Assembly (NCBI GenBank): GCA_013265495.1
Contig: MU058059.1
Coordinates: 1,959,502-2,023,501 of the forward strand
Origin: Vicugna vicugna
Taxonomy: Eukaryota
DNA: 64,000 nt
Direction of reading: 5' to 3'
Position numbers and translations under genes: made by a program. Of this stretch, positions 13,203 to 26,216 are shown in pieces (within the stretch, counting starts at the first letter, position 1; every line of letters starts with the position of its first letter). The notes under the pieces were generated by a model. It had not been told where the DNA came from. It saw only the letters and a program-made list of their open reading frames with translations, and made no database searches.

Positions 13203-13830
13203 CTGAAAAGCAGAGGTTGTCCAGGATCACCTTACTCGAAATAACATCAACCATAGTATCAATGACAAGGCGTTGGCTTCTTATCCCACACGTGACTGTC
13301 ACAATGATTTTGTGCACCCAGAGGGTAGAGGCCAAGCCAGAAAATCCCAAACATCTTCCTGATGGTGGCAGCAGCTAGCAGCACTGGCCAAGCGTCATCC
13401 TTTTCCATGATCACTGCTACCCGGCCCCCCTCACTCTGCCGTCTCTTGGAGCCTCGTAGGAGCATCTCCCGTGACCTGGCCACCACGGGATTCCCGTGAC
13501 AGCTGCATACGACACAGGTGAGGACTGAGCACTTCCTCTGGGCAAGATGCAGCTGCTGTAGTTACGGGCTGACTCTGCTCGGACAGTCAGCGCCACAGAA
13601 CTCTGAGATCACACGGCCAGTGGGCCCCTACCCCCATTCAAGTGAGGTAACACGGAGCGAGCAAGGAAACAGGACAGGTAGTGTAGGAAATCCACATCCG
13701 AAGAACACTACCAGCGTAACGAGAACATAAAGGAAACGTTCCAGAAGGGAGTGAGTCCCCAGCGCTGAGCCTGACGCTCGGCCGAGCACATCTCTTTCCC
13801 CCTGGGGGTGACGGGAAGCTGGGCCCCGAC

Positions 13831-14009
13831 CTTGTGCGGTCTGTAGTAGCCGTCAGTGCAGGTCTCGCAGTTGACCCCCATGGTGTTCTGCAGACAGTCG
13901 ATGCACACCCCTCCCCCTCGGAACTGCCCGGCAGTGTCCAAGCTTCTTCTCTGCTGTGCCACGCTTTCGTCATAGTAGCAGTCCTTGGCTTTATTGTGGC
14001 AATTGCATT
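13831..14009 (-). CDS. LAMA1: LAMA1 exon 8 (ECNCHNKAKDCYYDESVAQQRRSLDTAGQFRGGGVCIDC...YYRPHK)
   Basis: Acceptor ctcttctcctag, donor AAG|GTCGGG; 179 nt. Confidence 0.96.
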
Positions 14010-14895
14010 CTAGGAGAAGAGTTTAACACCTCAGTTGCTGTGTATACCACGTCCTAGGTGAAGAAAAGCCCTGCCTCCCTAAGTGAGTGTGGAGGACCAT
14101 AAATTAAACTAAAATTATAGAACAAGTAATTTCAGTAGGACATGGGCAATCTCACGGAGGCACTGGGGAATCATACGCGAGGCAGATGTGTGCCTGCCCA
14201 CTTGACCCGCCAACCTATCTTCTGGGATCGTCTCTTGCAGAAATACTTGCTCACGTGTCAGTGACAAAGGTGAATCCCTGCACCATCGCTTGTGTTAACA
14301 AGAGACTGGTCACAACCAGAATATCCACGGAGAGGTATCTGTTTTGACTGTTACATCCATATAAAGGAGTTCTGTGCAAACGTCTTTAAAGTCAGCATCC
14401 CGTGGTGCTCATGGGGAAAGACCTTCCTTCAGATACATTGTTCCACATGGAAGCAGCGCACAGAATGACATGAGTGGTACATCAGATTCCGTGCAGTGGC
14501 CTTGTGAGGTGGAGGAATGTCTCAATACTCCTTTGCTTGCATAAGCATTACAGGAAGAATGTACCAGGGAATAATACAAGGTGGGAAGGAGGGAGATGGG
14601 GCAGAAGTAATGCTGCCCACTAGATACTTTTTCATGTTTTGTAGACATTGGCACCTTGTGAATATACTGCCTATTTAAAATTTAAATTCAAATTAATAAA
14701 GAATAAGTGAATATACAGGAAGGGGAAATTCAGCCATAATAGCAAATTCATAACGATAAATTTAAATCTCAGTCCTTTAAACTGTATTAAGGTAGTCTGC
14801 AGCTTTGGGAACTTCTTGAATAGCTAAGAAAACCAATTATTTACTAGTTACAAATCTGAAGTCACCATAAATTCTGCAATTCTCAGGGCACTCAC

Positions 14896-15013
14896 CCTCA
14901 CACGTGTTACCGGAAGACACGGTGCCGGGCCTCCAGGGCTGCTGGTGGTACCCAGGACAACAGCGGCTGCAGCTGTCGCCGCAGGTGTTGTGTTCACACT
15001 GACACTGGAACTT
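14896..15013 (-). CDS. LAMA1: LAMA1 exon 7 (KFQCQCEHNTCGDSCSRCCPGYHQQPWRPGTVSSGNTCE)
   Basis: Acceptor ccttactgtctag, donor GAGG|GTGAGT; 118 nt; LE cysteine pattern. Confidence 0.96.
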
Positions 15014-15898
15014 CTAGACAGTAAGGAACACAGGATTGCACCCAAAAATGTACCTGTATGTTTTACTTAATTTTACTTAAAAGGAGCCCATCACAGTCAA
15101 ACACACGGCAAGAGGTTACAATTGAGGATATATGGTGATCTACAAGCAAACTGGCATTTAATCTTTAGAGGGAAAAAATACACATTATGACCTGGTTACA
15201 AACAGAAATGCAAAGGAATAAAGCAACACTAAAATACAGACTAACAGAAGCTTTTCAGAAGAGATATGCTGACTTGAAAGATTTAGGAGCTTCTATTAAT
15301 AACTTTCTTGATATTCATCTCTATATTTTCAGCATCAATAAGAGAATAATCCTATCAAGAGTTAAACTATTACAAAGATTGGGAACAAATGAGAAGTAAC
15401 TTCACGTAAGTTATTTAAAAGAAGAAAGGAGGGTGCCATCTTATTCACTCAATACTGTGCTCAAGCAGGTCAGCTTTATTTTATCCTGATGCAGTGCCAC
15501 AAAAATGAGAGAGGGGAAACTGGGAGGAGGGGAGTCCTTTTTTTAAAAAATATAAACATAATGTCTAACTGCACATGATTGTCACTTGACTGTCTATATT
15601 ATAGAGAAGATCTTCAAAATTCACTGAATTGACACTTTAAAATGGTTAGAATGGTCAATGTTATATCTATTCTAACCACAAAAAATCATGAAAAGGATTT
15701 AATTAGAAACATCTTTTCCAACCAAAGCAAAATGAAACTGTCCTAAAAAAATGAAACCAGTTAAATTATCTGAAAATCTTTTCTGTGGCATGATTTTCTA
15801 ACTTTCAACACATGCCTGGAATAACAATGTGAAATGTAAACATTATACCTACAGGTTCTATTTGAAGTTTCAGCAAAATGTGAAATGCTAAAACTCAC

Positions 15899-15988
15899 CT
15901 TTGTAGTTTCATCCCATGGGCAGCTACTGGCATGGCCATAACAAATGCACATTCCTCCAACAGAAATGTCTTTTATTGAATAGTAATA
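15899..15988 (-). CDS. LAMA1: LAMA1 exon 6 ([30 protein letters not shown]), LN/LE1 boundary
   Basis: Acceptor ctcttttcccctag, donor AAG|GTGAGT; 90 nt. Confidence 0.97.
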
Positions 15989-16827
15989 CTAGGGGAAAAG
16001 AGAGGCACAAACAGACATTAAAACCTCTTCTATTTCAGTGAAAAAATGTTGGCACTCCAACAAGTATCTCAGCTGTTACCGGTAATGTAAAATACAGACA
16101 CACATTTTAAATTATATTTCATGCACGAGTAAATATAAATAAAATATTTGTGTTCAGTTTAAATAAATAATGTTCAAATTACTTCATCAACAGAAACCAA
16201 AGGATTTTAACAAGAATTTCTCAACTTGGAAGCATCTTAAACCAAGGCAGTCATGTTCAAAACCCGTGCTACTGAAAACCCTAAAAAATATTCCTAAATT
16301 GAATACAGCCTTATATAAATAGGAGAATAACTCATGGCCAAGTAGGATTGATCCCAGAAATGTACAGTTAATTTAACACACAAAAATCAATGTAAATCAC
16401 ATTAGCAGAAAAAAGGAGAAAAATCATAGGATCATTTTGCTAGATGCACAAAAACCATTTTACAGAATACAACAGCATCATTAAAAACTCAGCAAGCCAG
16501 GAGCAGAAAATAGCTTCTTTAGTCTAATGAAGGCGTTTCTAAGGAAAGCCTGCAGGTAACAGCAATCAGATACAGAGCCAGACTGGGATGTGAAGAAATG
16601 ACCACAACATCCACTGCATGCCAGCATTATGGGATGGGTGGGGTGAGGGACCTGAGGACATCACTTCAGAACCATCACTTCAGCGCCTAGTTTAAAGGTG
16701 GCGTTTTTAACAGAGCATGTATCATGATCTTCAATAAAGTAAGAGAAAAGGCCAACCTCGGAGGAAAAGTCTATGTCCTTAAACAACGGAAACATTCCAC
16801 CATGGTCAGGAGCCCAACTGGACTTAC

Positions 16828-17007
16828 TCGTCTTGTAACAATAGGATCCAGGTCTTTAGGGTCCCGGTGGCTCAGGGTCATAAGGTCGGCATTGAGGGTT
16901 CGAATGCGCTGTAATCGCAGGCGGATGTATCGTGCAGAAGTGAATTCCAACAACTTGGGTGAAAGATCATCAGAGCTTGGTCTGCCATTGATGAGTGATG
17001 TATGAAT
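16828..17007 (-). CDS. LAMA1: LAMA1 exon 5 (IHTSLINGRPSSDDLSPKLLEFTSARYIRLRLQRIRTLNADLM...IVTRR)
   Basis: Acceptor tctttatctttag, donor CGA|GTAAGT; 180 nt. Confidence 0.97.
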
Positions 17008-17019
17008 CTAAAGATAAAG

Positions 17020-17024
<5 letters not shown>

Positions 17025-17069
<45 letters not shown>
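17025..17069. repeat. (CA)15(TA)7 compound microsatellite
   Basis: Read directly; lies 17 nt from the exon 5 acceptor. Confidence 0.95.
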
Positions 17070-18023
17070 GTAATTTTAGGACATAGAAAAAATAGCCTTG
17101 ATGGTTTAAATTCAGGACATAATCTTTATGGATACAAAATCAAATCAAATCAAACAACCAAGTTCTTGAAGAAATCTGTCTAATGTTCACTGACACTTGT
17201 GAACACCATGATCACAGCCCATGTTCGAGTTACTGGAGTTATTCATTGCAGTGTCTCAGGGCTGGCCAGAAACCTTTCAGCAGGGCTACTCCTCCCAGGG
17301 CGGTGAGGGCATTTTAACATGTATCAATAGGTTATGACTTCTCTGAAACAAATTCTAAGTGTGATGAATAGACTGGGGACAGTGAGAAAAAGAAGTGCCA
17401 GGAAGCTTTGTGATTCCTGCTTTTCCAGTTCTCCTCTGCTCTTGAAACAAAGCAAGACTTGTGGCAGAGGACCTGCTGTGCAAACCCCTTGAAGGATTCC
17501 TGCAGGCTTGTGTCATCAAGCCAGATGCTACCAAGGCATGGGTTGCTTTGGATTACGTGCTGACTGATGATGTGTGTGCGGCCCGGGCATGTAGAGCACT
17601 GAGCTGGAAGAACTCACGATCCAGCTCCATCCCTCCACACTGCTGGAGAGAACTTCAGAGAGAAAACCAGGAGCTCTGTCTCTTAGAGGCTTGTTGGTTC
17701 TCTCTTTAACATTTCAACAAAGATGGCTGCCCTGGTGTCATGGAAAGACGTTTTGAGGGGGATCTGATGGAGTTACTACATCACAGCAGAGTGAAGGTTG
17801 AGGGATCTCCTTGAAGGGAAGAAACCAATAAAGTAAAATGTATCAGTGGTGACGTGAATCATCCGTAGACACCCTCAGTGCTAGCTGAACTACAGCAGGT
17901 GGAGAGTCAGAGGAAAGAGCTCAGTGATCTGTACCAGGAGTGTCCCATGCTGGCTCCCCGCCAAGTTCCCACTGGAGCTGGGGGCTCTGAACAAGAAACA
18001 GACCTCCCTGTGGGGGACAGTAC

Positions 18024-18266
18024 CTCTCCGTGCTCGAGTGGCACCAGCCTGGAGTAATATGAGGTGCAGATCACTTCGTCATCGGCCCTGTAAGTGGGCG
18101 GCCCCCGTCTTGGAGTTATATTGTAATGAGTCAAACACTCCGTGTCACTAACTGCGTAAAACTGCCAGGGGCTGAACTCCACACCGTCCAGAGATCGCTC
18201 CAAAATCCAGTTTCCAGGGCGAGGGGCATTAGCAGCTTTGACGATGACATAAGCAACTTGAAAGAC
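18024..18266 (-). CDS. LAMA1: LAMA1 exon 4 (VFQVAYVIVKAANAPRPGNWILERSLDG...VPLEHGE)
   Basis: Acceptor tttgttccag, donor GAG|GTACTG; 243 nt; LN domain. Confidence 0.97.
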
Positions 18267-18649
18267 CTGGAACAAAGGCACCGAAAAGTCTCAATCAAGA
18301 ATCAGTAGCAAGTGCTCAAACACCAACGTGCCTCTTTGGTGGTGGCCAGTGGCTCTTAACGCTTTTGAAGATGACTGCTTAGTGTTCATCAGAGATGTAT
18401 CTCCTGAATGTTTTCCTGGTAGCATTTGTTTTCAAAATAAACTCAAAAAATACTCACAAATAAATGTGTATTATCACTACTGTTACTATGAACAGTCTTA
18501 ATATTAACGTAAGTGCTTGCTTTCCTGTTTCCAATGTCCTCCTCCATCCAGATCCTGAATGATAATAGTGGTATCACACAGACGGCAGTGTCAAATGTGT
18601 TTCTAACATAGTGATTTGGAGGTAACGTATCTGAATACGAGGGGAAAAG

Positions 18650-19050
18650 TCAGCCCACGACACACCTCTGCAATGGTTAAAACCCAGAACACGGACACCA
18701 CCAAGTGCTGGCGAGCACATGGGCCCACAGGAGCTCGCACCCGGTGCTGGTGGGAACGCAGAGTGGGCGGCCGCTTTGGAAGACAGTTTGGCAGCTTCTT
18801 ACAAAACTAAGTATACTCCTACCACACAGCCCAGCAGGCACACTCCTTGGTATTTCCCCAAGTGAACAGAAAACTCCCATTAATGAATGGATAACTGAAG
18901 TGCGATACAGCCATACAATGGAATATTATTCCATGATTTGAAAAAAAAAGAGCTCTCACGCCACAAAAAGACATGGAGGAAACTTGAAGGCATATTGCTA
19001 AGTAAAAGATGCCAATTTGAAAAGACTACACACTGGATAATTCCAACTGT
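18650..19050 (+). mobile_element. Old L1M fragment
   Basis: ccgctttggaagacagtttggcagcttcttacaaaactaag...catacaatggaatattatt. Confidence 0.7.
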
Positions 19051-20289
19051 ATTGCCTCTGGCCTTTTCATTTATTTTTTTTTAGTTTTTGTTCCCATCGT
19101 AGTCCTCACCAATTCTAGGAATACAAGAGCTCCTTAAAGTTAACCCACCATAAACCAAAATATTCTGCATTCATCTACTGTTATTCCCTGGCAAGGACAG
19201 TTTTATCTCATTATAATAAATATGTTCACCTATGAGAAATGTACTCCAATAAAATTTAGTCTGCAAGAGATGTGTGATAGTTTAACTATCCACGTTCATC
19301 TGCAATTTTCCTCTAGAACACAACCACTGTTTCTAAAGCACAATAAAAGCAAAATAATGTTCTTGGATTTCAATAATGAGGAAAATCAGGAGTTGTGTAT
19401 CTGTTATGAATATTTGTATCTGGAACTAAATGTCCAATGTTTAAAAATCTAGAACCACCTTCATCCATTTAAACCACTTGTAAAAATTAAAATAACGGAA
19501 AGACTATTTTGCCCCAGCCAAACATCTCCAGAAAATTCTCCCATGAACATAATTACATGTTTTTTCTTTTTGTGAGTTTATTTTTTAAAAACCCTTTCCC
19601 CCAACTTTATCATTCACATATTCCACAATTTAGATATATATTTGACTTACTATAGTCTAATGCTACCGAAATACCAAACACTTCTTGCACACACCGGGCA
19701 GTCAGCCTTACTGTCTCCTCTAGAACTAGTCCTGAAGAACATCAGGGTTTTTGCACAGTGTGCGGGCAGTTACTTTCACTCCCACAAAGATCTGGCACGG
19801 TGCCAGAACACCAGGACGGAATCCATCCTAAACAGCTTTCCACTGGGTTTTCATACGGATGCCCAAGCTAACTGGAGGGACCCCATCACTGTCCAACTGC
19901 TTTGCAAATAGCTTCATCACAAAAAGAGAACTCTATGAGCACGTGGACCACTGCAGAAGATGTAAAAACAGACTTCACAAAGTGGAGGTGCCAAGTGAGA
20001 TAGTGCGATCAGGCAGCCCATCTGACGGGGATGGAAGTCAAGGTCATTTACGAATGGAATTCACCTTCTGTTTTCCAGTTTCACATCTGAAAATGGAAAG
20101 AACCAATAGGCCCACCTCATGCGTGTTAAGAGTTTCAAGCATATCATCTCAGTTAATCCCAAACAACCCCGTGAGTTTCAAGTTCCTGTGGTTCCCATTG
20201 TACATCTTAGGCAACTGACGTACAGAGAGGTTAAAATACAAACTACTGAGTTTCAGGTCCCCAGGAGAAACCAGGCGCCTCACTCCGGA

Positions 20290-20490
20290 GCATCCACTGT
20301 ACTCGCCCCCATGTCCACACACAGTGAGGCTGCGGTGCCAAGACGGTCACCTGCAAACCAACAGAGAGAGGCCCCAGGAGTCAACCCTGCCAGCCTTGAT
20401 CCTGGACTCCTAGCTTTCAGAACTGTGACAAATACATTTCTGTGTTTAAGCCACTGGTCTTTGGAATGTGCTCTGGTGGCCCCAGCAAGT
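20290..20490 (+). mobile_element. MLT1 LTR fragment
   Basis: ccttgatcctggactcctagctttcagaactgtgacaaatacatttctgtgtttaagccac. Confidence 0.6.
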
Positions 20491-23400
20491 TATCACGAGC
20501 AAGTCTGCTTCCCCAGTTGTGCGACGGCAAGCAGGTCTTCACGCCTAATACAGAAAAAGTGAGGGGTTCTCTGCTAACGTATAGAATGTGAAACTTTTGC
20601 CCAGAGGAAATCCATGACACTTCTGTTGCCCCTTTGCCGACTAAGCTGCCTTTTCCCTTCACATAAGGTTGGCTGAACACAAACTGATGACACAGGGTTT
20701 CAGTCCATTCGGAGTCACTGAGGTCTTGCCAGACCTGCAGCTGATACAGCCACTTTCAAATCCACTTTCATCAGGGTTTTCCGCCAAGAGGCCTTTGTTA
20801 ATGATCACTGGAATGCACACAGATGGGGCCACATAAGTAAAGGACACATCCACCAAATACCATCCAGACAGGAATTTTCACGTGGGCCTCAATCTTGACT
20901 TAAACATGTTCAATCCACCTCAGGCACAGAGATAAGAAAAACACACAGAGCCTGCTTATCCAATATCAGAAGAGAGTTCCACATGTGCTCGGTCAGGGAA
21001 GTGTCTCCCTCTGCATGTGACCTGCAGGGGCCCAGGTACCACGTCGGGGCTCCCCGGCTGGACTCTCTACAGAAGCACTCACCTGCCTCCCTGGCTGTAA
21101 CTAAACCGCGCACAGAGGAATGTGTTCTCTTACACGGTGAATACGACCTTTTCACAGGCGAAAGTGATTGAGGTTAACAGTCAGATTACGTTAAAAAAAT
21201 AAATAGAGTTATGTCTACTTAATAAGTAACAGTGCTCAATTACCTCTATAAAAGTTACGAGCTAAGCTTTGTAAGCTTTATTTCTCAGGACATGATTAGG
21301 AAATAAAATTTAAAGTGATCATTTGAGCTAATACTTATTAATCCAGAATAAAGAAGGAATTATTTACTAGAAGGCTAATTACTGGTGCAGGTATGACTCA
21401 CTTCTGGCTTTACAGAGTGCAGGTCACTGAAGTATCTGATCAAATGATAACCAGGTGAAGCAGCGACAAACACGAGGCAGAACCAGAGACATTTACTTGG
21501 CACACAGGACCCATGAGATACGAATTTTAGGTAAATCTCTTATGGGCATCTTAAAATGTCGTCTCTATTCTATTTTAGTGGCTGTTTTACTGTTATCTCT
21601 CATTTTAGGACCAGTATGCAAAAATCAACAGACAAAGGAAACAGCTTCATGAATGAGAAGAGAACTGGGGATAAAAAAAGGTTTGTTTCTCTTTTAATTT
21701 GGTGCTGTCATTAGAAGTGCAGGATAAACACATCAGAATCCAGTCTCCTTTTCCCCCTTTCTTTTCTTCTTGCTTTTTCTTTTTATTGAGGAAGGAGGGA
21801 CTGGCCACCAGTCATAGCACATTTAGATCAAGTAGGTTTCTTTCCTTAAAATTCTTAAGATTGATCTCAGAGCATCAAGGAATGCTCATTTTGGAACCAA
21901 GCTTGGATTCTTCAAGTGGACGCTGAGGAGAAGCCAAAGAGAGACAGGCGATCACCAAGGAAGAGCGGGCGGGGAGAGGAGCCCACCTGAGAGCAAAGGG
22001 GAACAGGCCCAGCTCCCTGAAGGTGGGAAAGGGGCACTTAAAACACCGGCCAAGGAGCTCCATTTTCCATCAGCTAGAGACGTTATTCCAGGAGGACCCC
22101 ACAGGTAAGCTGTCCCTGTGCCACTGTTTCCAGCCAAGGGTATCTAGGAGTGTTATTCCAACAAGCGCGTGCTGAGCTGCTTTAAGACTCAGAACCGGGA
22201 AGTTAAGAGGCCGGTCTGTGTGTAAGGGCTCCACGGATCTCCCCCAGAATTGCGCCTCATGTTCAATTTCTCTAAGGGATGCCTTCACTAAGTTTTCTGA
22301 AGATTAGCTGGAACGACCTCAAACGCACAGCCAGGCATGTCACCAGATGCCCTTAGTGGGGTCTTCAGTGTTCCCCCACCTACTGGTGCCCTGTGACAGC
22401 CGAGCCCCCAGAAGAGATCGCCCTGCCTGCGCAGCGCAGTTACCGGCCATCCCAGGACCTGAGAAATGTGCCTCTCCTGTCCCCCGACTCTTCACCACCA
22501 CGTGGCCAGAGCTATCTGGTTTTCACCCATGAACATCTTGGCCTTTGAGATAATGCTGGGCTTGTCCCCAAAATGCTGTGCCTGTTTGTCCACACTGAAA
22601 CACAGGTGGCAGTAAATACCACTCCTCTCCTCTCCCCGTGACCATGGGAGGAGGCTCAGAAATTTGTCCTGGAGAGTGAAGGGTCAGCAATATTCCAGTA
22701 AAAGCGACACTGGACAGGGTGGTCCAGACGGTGGCTGCAGAGATCAGTCACCTCTGCCTCCGGTGTCACAGGCTGAGCGGGCAAGTGCACACCTGCTCGG
22801 CGGCCCTGCCCTGTGGGTCCAGATCCTGAGCCTCCTGAGAACAGTCTGCTTAAGAGAAAAGCAGAGACGTGGCCCCAGAGGAACAGGGGCAGCTCGTCTC
22901 CCCGGTAGGAAAATGGCTGCTGCTCTCCTGGGCAGGCGGAGGGACAGCAGAGATGTTACTCTCAGAGAAGCGGCCCCTGGGGACACAGGGGGATGAGAGC
23001 ACAGGACTCCCCCTAACACTTTTTCACTTGAGGGTCATCCAATAAACATTGCTTGAGCATCTTTGTAACAGGACCCTGCCAGGTGCCACAGATACAGGTG
23101 AAGGACATGGTGGGTGTGGCCTGGATGCTCTAATGGGAAGACTGAGGTGGCCAAGTCCCCTGGGAGAAGGACAGAAGGCTTTCAAGGTGTCTGGGGGAGG
23201 CCAGTCTGGTCTGGAGAAGGGATGGGGGTCACGGAAGACTTCCTTGAAGGGTCTCTGAAAAGAGGAGGAGACTGAACAGGAGACTTCCAGGTAAGGAGAG
23301 GAAAGATGCAGAGACAGAGGCAGGGCCCTGTGGGGCCAGAGCACGGAGCGTGTAGACGCGGCAGGAGGCCTGGCTGGTTGGCTTGAGTGTAGAGATGGGA

Positions 23401-24324
23401 AGGGACTGGACAGGCATGGGTATCTGCAGCATGCGGAAACTTTCAGACCATCAGAGGACCCTACACCAGGGAGTTGCCAGGTCACCAGGGATGAAAAGAT
23501 CATGGAATCGGATGCTGGTGTCAGGAAGTTGTCAGAGAGGGTAGTGCTGAGACAGTTAGGATCAAGACTGAAGTAGGGAAAAAACCCAGTAGGTCTTAAA
23601 GAGTTTTCCAGAAGGTCCAATGTGAGTGAGAAAGAAACACAGGCCAGACCTCCTCTCCACCTCAGGAAGACGGGACAAGCCTCTCCCACGTGGCCCCGAA
23701 ACCCACACCACCCTCTTCTCTCCTCAGTCACAGAGCACTCCTCGCTGGAACATTTGGAAGCTCAGCTTCCTCTCACCCCCTCTCCCAGTCCTCGTGGTGC
23801 CCTCTCGTGCCCCAGCCGAGCCAGCAACGGTTAGGAGTTTACATCTCCCGTCCCTCTGCTCATCCCTCGTCGTGAGAAAACAGTGCCCTCGCACCCCAGG
23901 AAAGTACAAGGGGCCCCTAATCATGAAGCCTCACTAACCCAACTGGCGGCAGCATCTAGAAAAGCCGTGCAAATCTGCACTTGACTGACTCCCTTAAACG
24001 TTAACCTGTGAGTTATCCATTTACAGCACTTGGACACAATAATTACGTGTTTCTTTGGTCACTAAATCTAGCTGAATCATTTATAGTTTCAGCACTAGAG
24101 AGATTAGAAAGCATTTTTTTGCTTTTGCAAGATTTCATTCTGAACGTGGGACCGTGACCTACAGCCTATGTGAAGATTCTCATCTTTCTTTCGCTACTGC
24201 TACCTTCACTGAATCTGTCATTTGTCAGGCATCGAACTGACAAATCATCACATTTGAAGCTTTTTAAAGAAAAGAATATCTAAATAAGGGTCTTATGCAG
24301 GAAGGCTTTTGTTTATTTAAAAAG

Positions 24325-25075
24325 ATGTGGTGGGAATGAAAACTGGCGCCACCACTATGGAAAGCAATATGGCGGTTCCTCCAAACCAAATGAGACATAG
24401 AATTACCATAAAATCCAGCAATTCTACTTCGGGGTGGATACCCACAAGAATTGAAAGCAGGGACTCCAACAGATATTTGTACTCCAATGTCTACTGCAGC
24501 ACTATTTACAATAGCCAAAAGATGGAAACAAACTGAATACCTATCTATCATAGATAAATGGCTAGACAGACTCTGAGTTGCAATGGAATATTATTCAGCC
24601 TCAAAAGGGAATGAAATTCCCACACATCCTACGACATGGATAAAACTGGAGGACTGGGGTGTGGGTATAGCTCAGGGGTAGAGTGCGTGCTTAGCGTGCA
24701 CGAGGTCCTGGTTTCAATCCCTAGTCTTCCTTTAAAAAATAATAAAATAAATAAAGAAAATATATTTTAAAAACTGGAGGACATTATGTTAAAGGAAATA
24801 AGCCAGATACAAAAGGGCAAATACTATACGATTGCGCTTATATGAGTTACCTAGAACACACAAGTTCACAGAGACCAAAATTAGAACTGTGGTTACTGGG
24901 GCTGGGGAGGGAGGGAGAATGGGAGTTATGTTTAATGGGCACAGGGTTTCAGTCTGGGAGGATGAGAAAGTTCTAGAGATGAATGCACAACAATGAGAAT
25001 GTAAGTAATGCCGCCGACCTGTACACCTAAAAGTGGTTAAAATGGTCAACTTTATGTTATGTGTATTTTACCACA
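24325..25075 (+). mobile_element. Old L1M (L1MA/MB-type) 3' region
   Basis: ggtgggaatgaaaactgg...gcagcactatttacaatagccaaaagatggaaac...gggcacagggtttcagtctgggaggatgagaaagttctagag. Confidence 0.8.
24655..24769 (+). mobile_element. Vic-1-type camelid tRNA-derived SINE, inserted into an older L1
   Basis: A box (tatagctcaggggtagag), B box (ggtttcaatccc), A-rich tail, 13-bp TSD aaaactggaggac at 24642-24654 and 24770-24782. Confidence 0.85.
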
Positions 25076-25859
25076 AGGGAGAAAAACGATGTGAAAATAG
25101 CAGGAGAGAAGTGAGTGGTACAAAGACTCAACGTTCTGTGGACGACAGAGACTTTGAAATTGAACGTGGGTAGAGACCAACTCTGCAGGAGCCAGTTCAG
25201 CCATCTGGAGGGCAAGCCAGCGGCTCAGAGGGGACATGTGGAATCCTGTCTTCCCCATGACCCTATTTCTGTCACATTCTTAGCTCTGGTGAGGCGTGAT
25301 GGTACTTCACAAAACACGAAGCCGGAGCCCCAAACTGTTAGGGTCTGGAGATGAAATGAGGCCCCTGCGTGATGTGACCAAAGACCCACAGGTCAGAGGG
25401 TGGGCTCCCCTGCTTGGGGAGGTTTCCTGCACCCCAGCTGACCTCGGGGCAGCCTCACTGCTCGCCTGGAGTCTGGTACGAGGCTGTAGGTGATCCTGCA
25501 GGTGGCCATCCCCGTGCACCACTAAGAAATGGTTATTTTGTGGGCTTTCTTGTGTTTCTCACACATGGAGAATAAAGGTACGTATCCTCTGATGATAGGC
25601 ATAAAATAGTAGAAAAGACAGAAAATGTTTAATTATAAGACTGACAGTTCTCACAGTTCCTTCATTAGGGGGAGAAGAGGTCTTGGAAACTATTAAAACT
25701 ATATTATATCAGTCATTTTATGACTTTATGTTTAAAAAGATGATTAAGAATAACCCAAATTTGATTTACAAACTCTTATAGAGGGTGGATATGGGAACTT
25801 AATTTTTCTGTAAATCTAAAATTTCACTTCGAAATAAACTATTTAAAAAAGCATACACA

Positions 25860-26216
25860 CACACAAAGACACAAATCAACTTATTTACAAAACAGAAACA
25901 GACTCACAGACATAGAAAACGACCCTATGGTTACCACGGGGGAAAGGGGTGGGAAGGGATAAATTGGGAGTTTGAGATTTTCAGATACTAACTACTATAT
26001 GTAAAATAGATAAACAATAATTTTCTACTGTGTAGCACAGGGAACTCTATTCAATATCTTGTAGTAACCTATAATGAAAAGGAATATGAAAGGAATGTGT
26101 GTATGTATATGGGTGGCTGAATCACTATGCTATACACCAGAAACTGACACACTGTAAACTGACTATATTTCAATAACGAAAAATTTAAATTTAAAAAAAT
26201 TTAAATTAAAAAAAAA
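25860..26216 (+). mobile_element. 5'-truncated artiodactyl-type L1 (3' UTR)
   Basis: acaaaacagaaacagactcacagacatagaaaac...tagcacagggaactctattcaatatc..., then A-rich tail. Confidence 0.8.

Noticed and set aside
23024..23731. 235-aa minus-strand ORF in intron 3
   Set aside because: It appears to overlap decayed L2-like sequence, is Ser/Pro/Leu-rich, and has no domain or exon-like context.
24655..24730. tRNA-like sequence with A and B boxes
   Set aside because: The A-rich tail, TSDs and dispersed diverged copies identify it as a SINE, not a tRNA gene.
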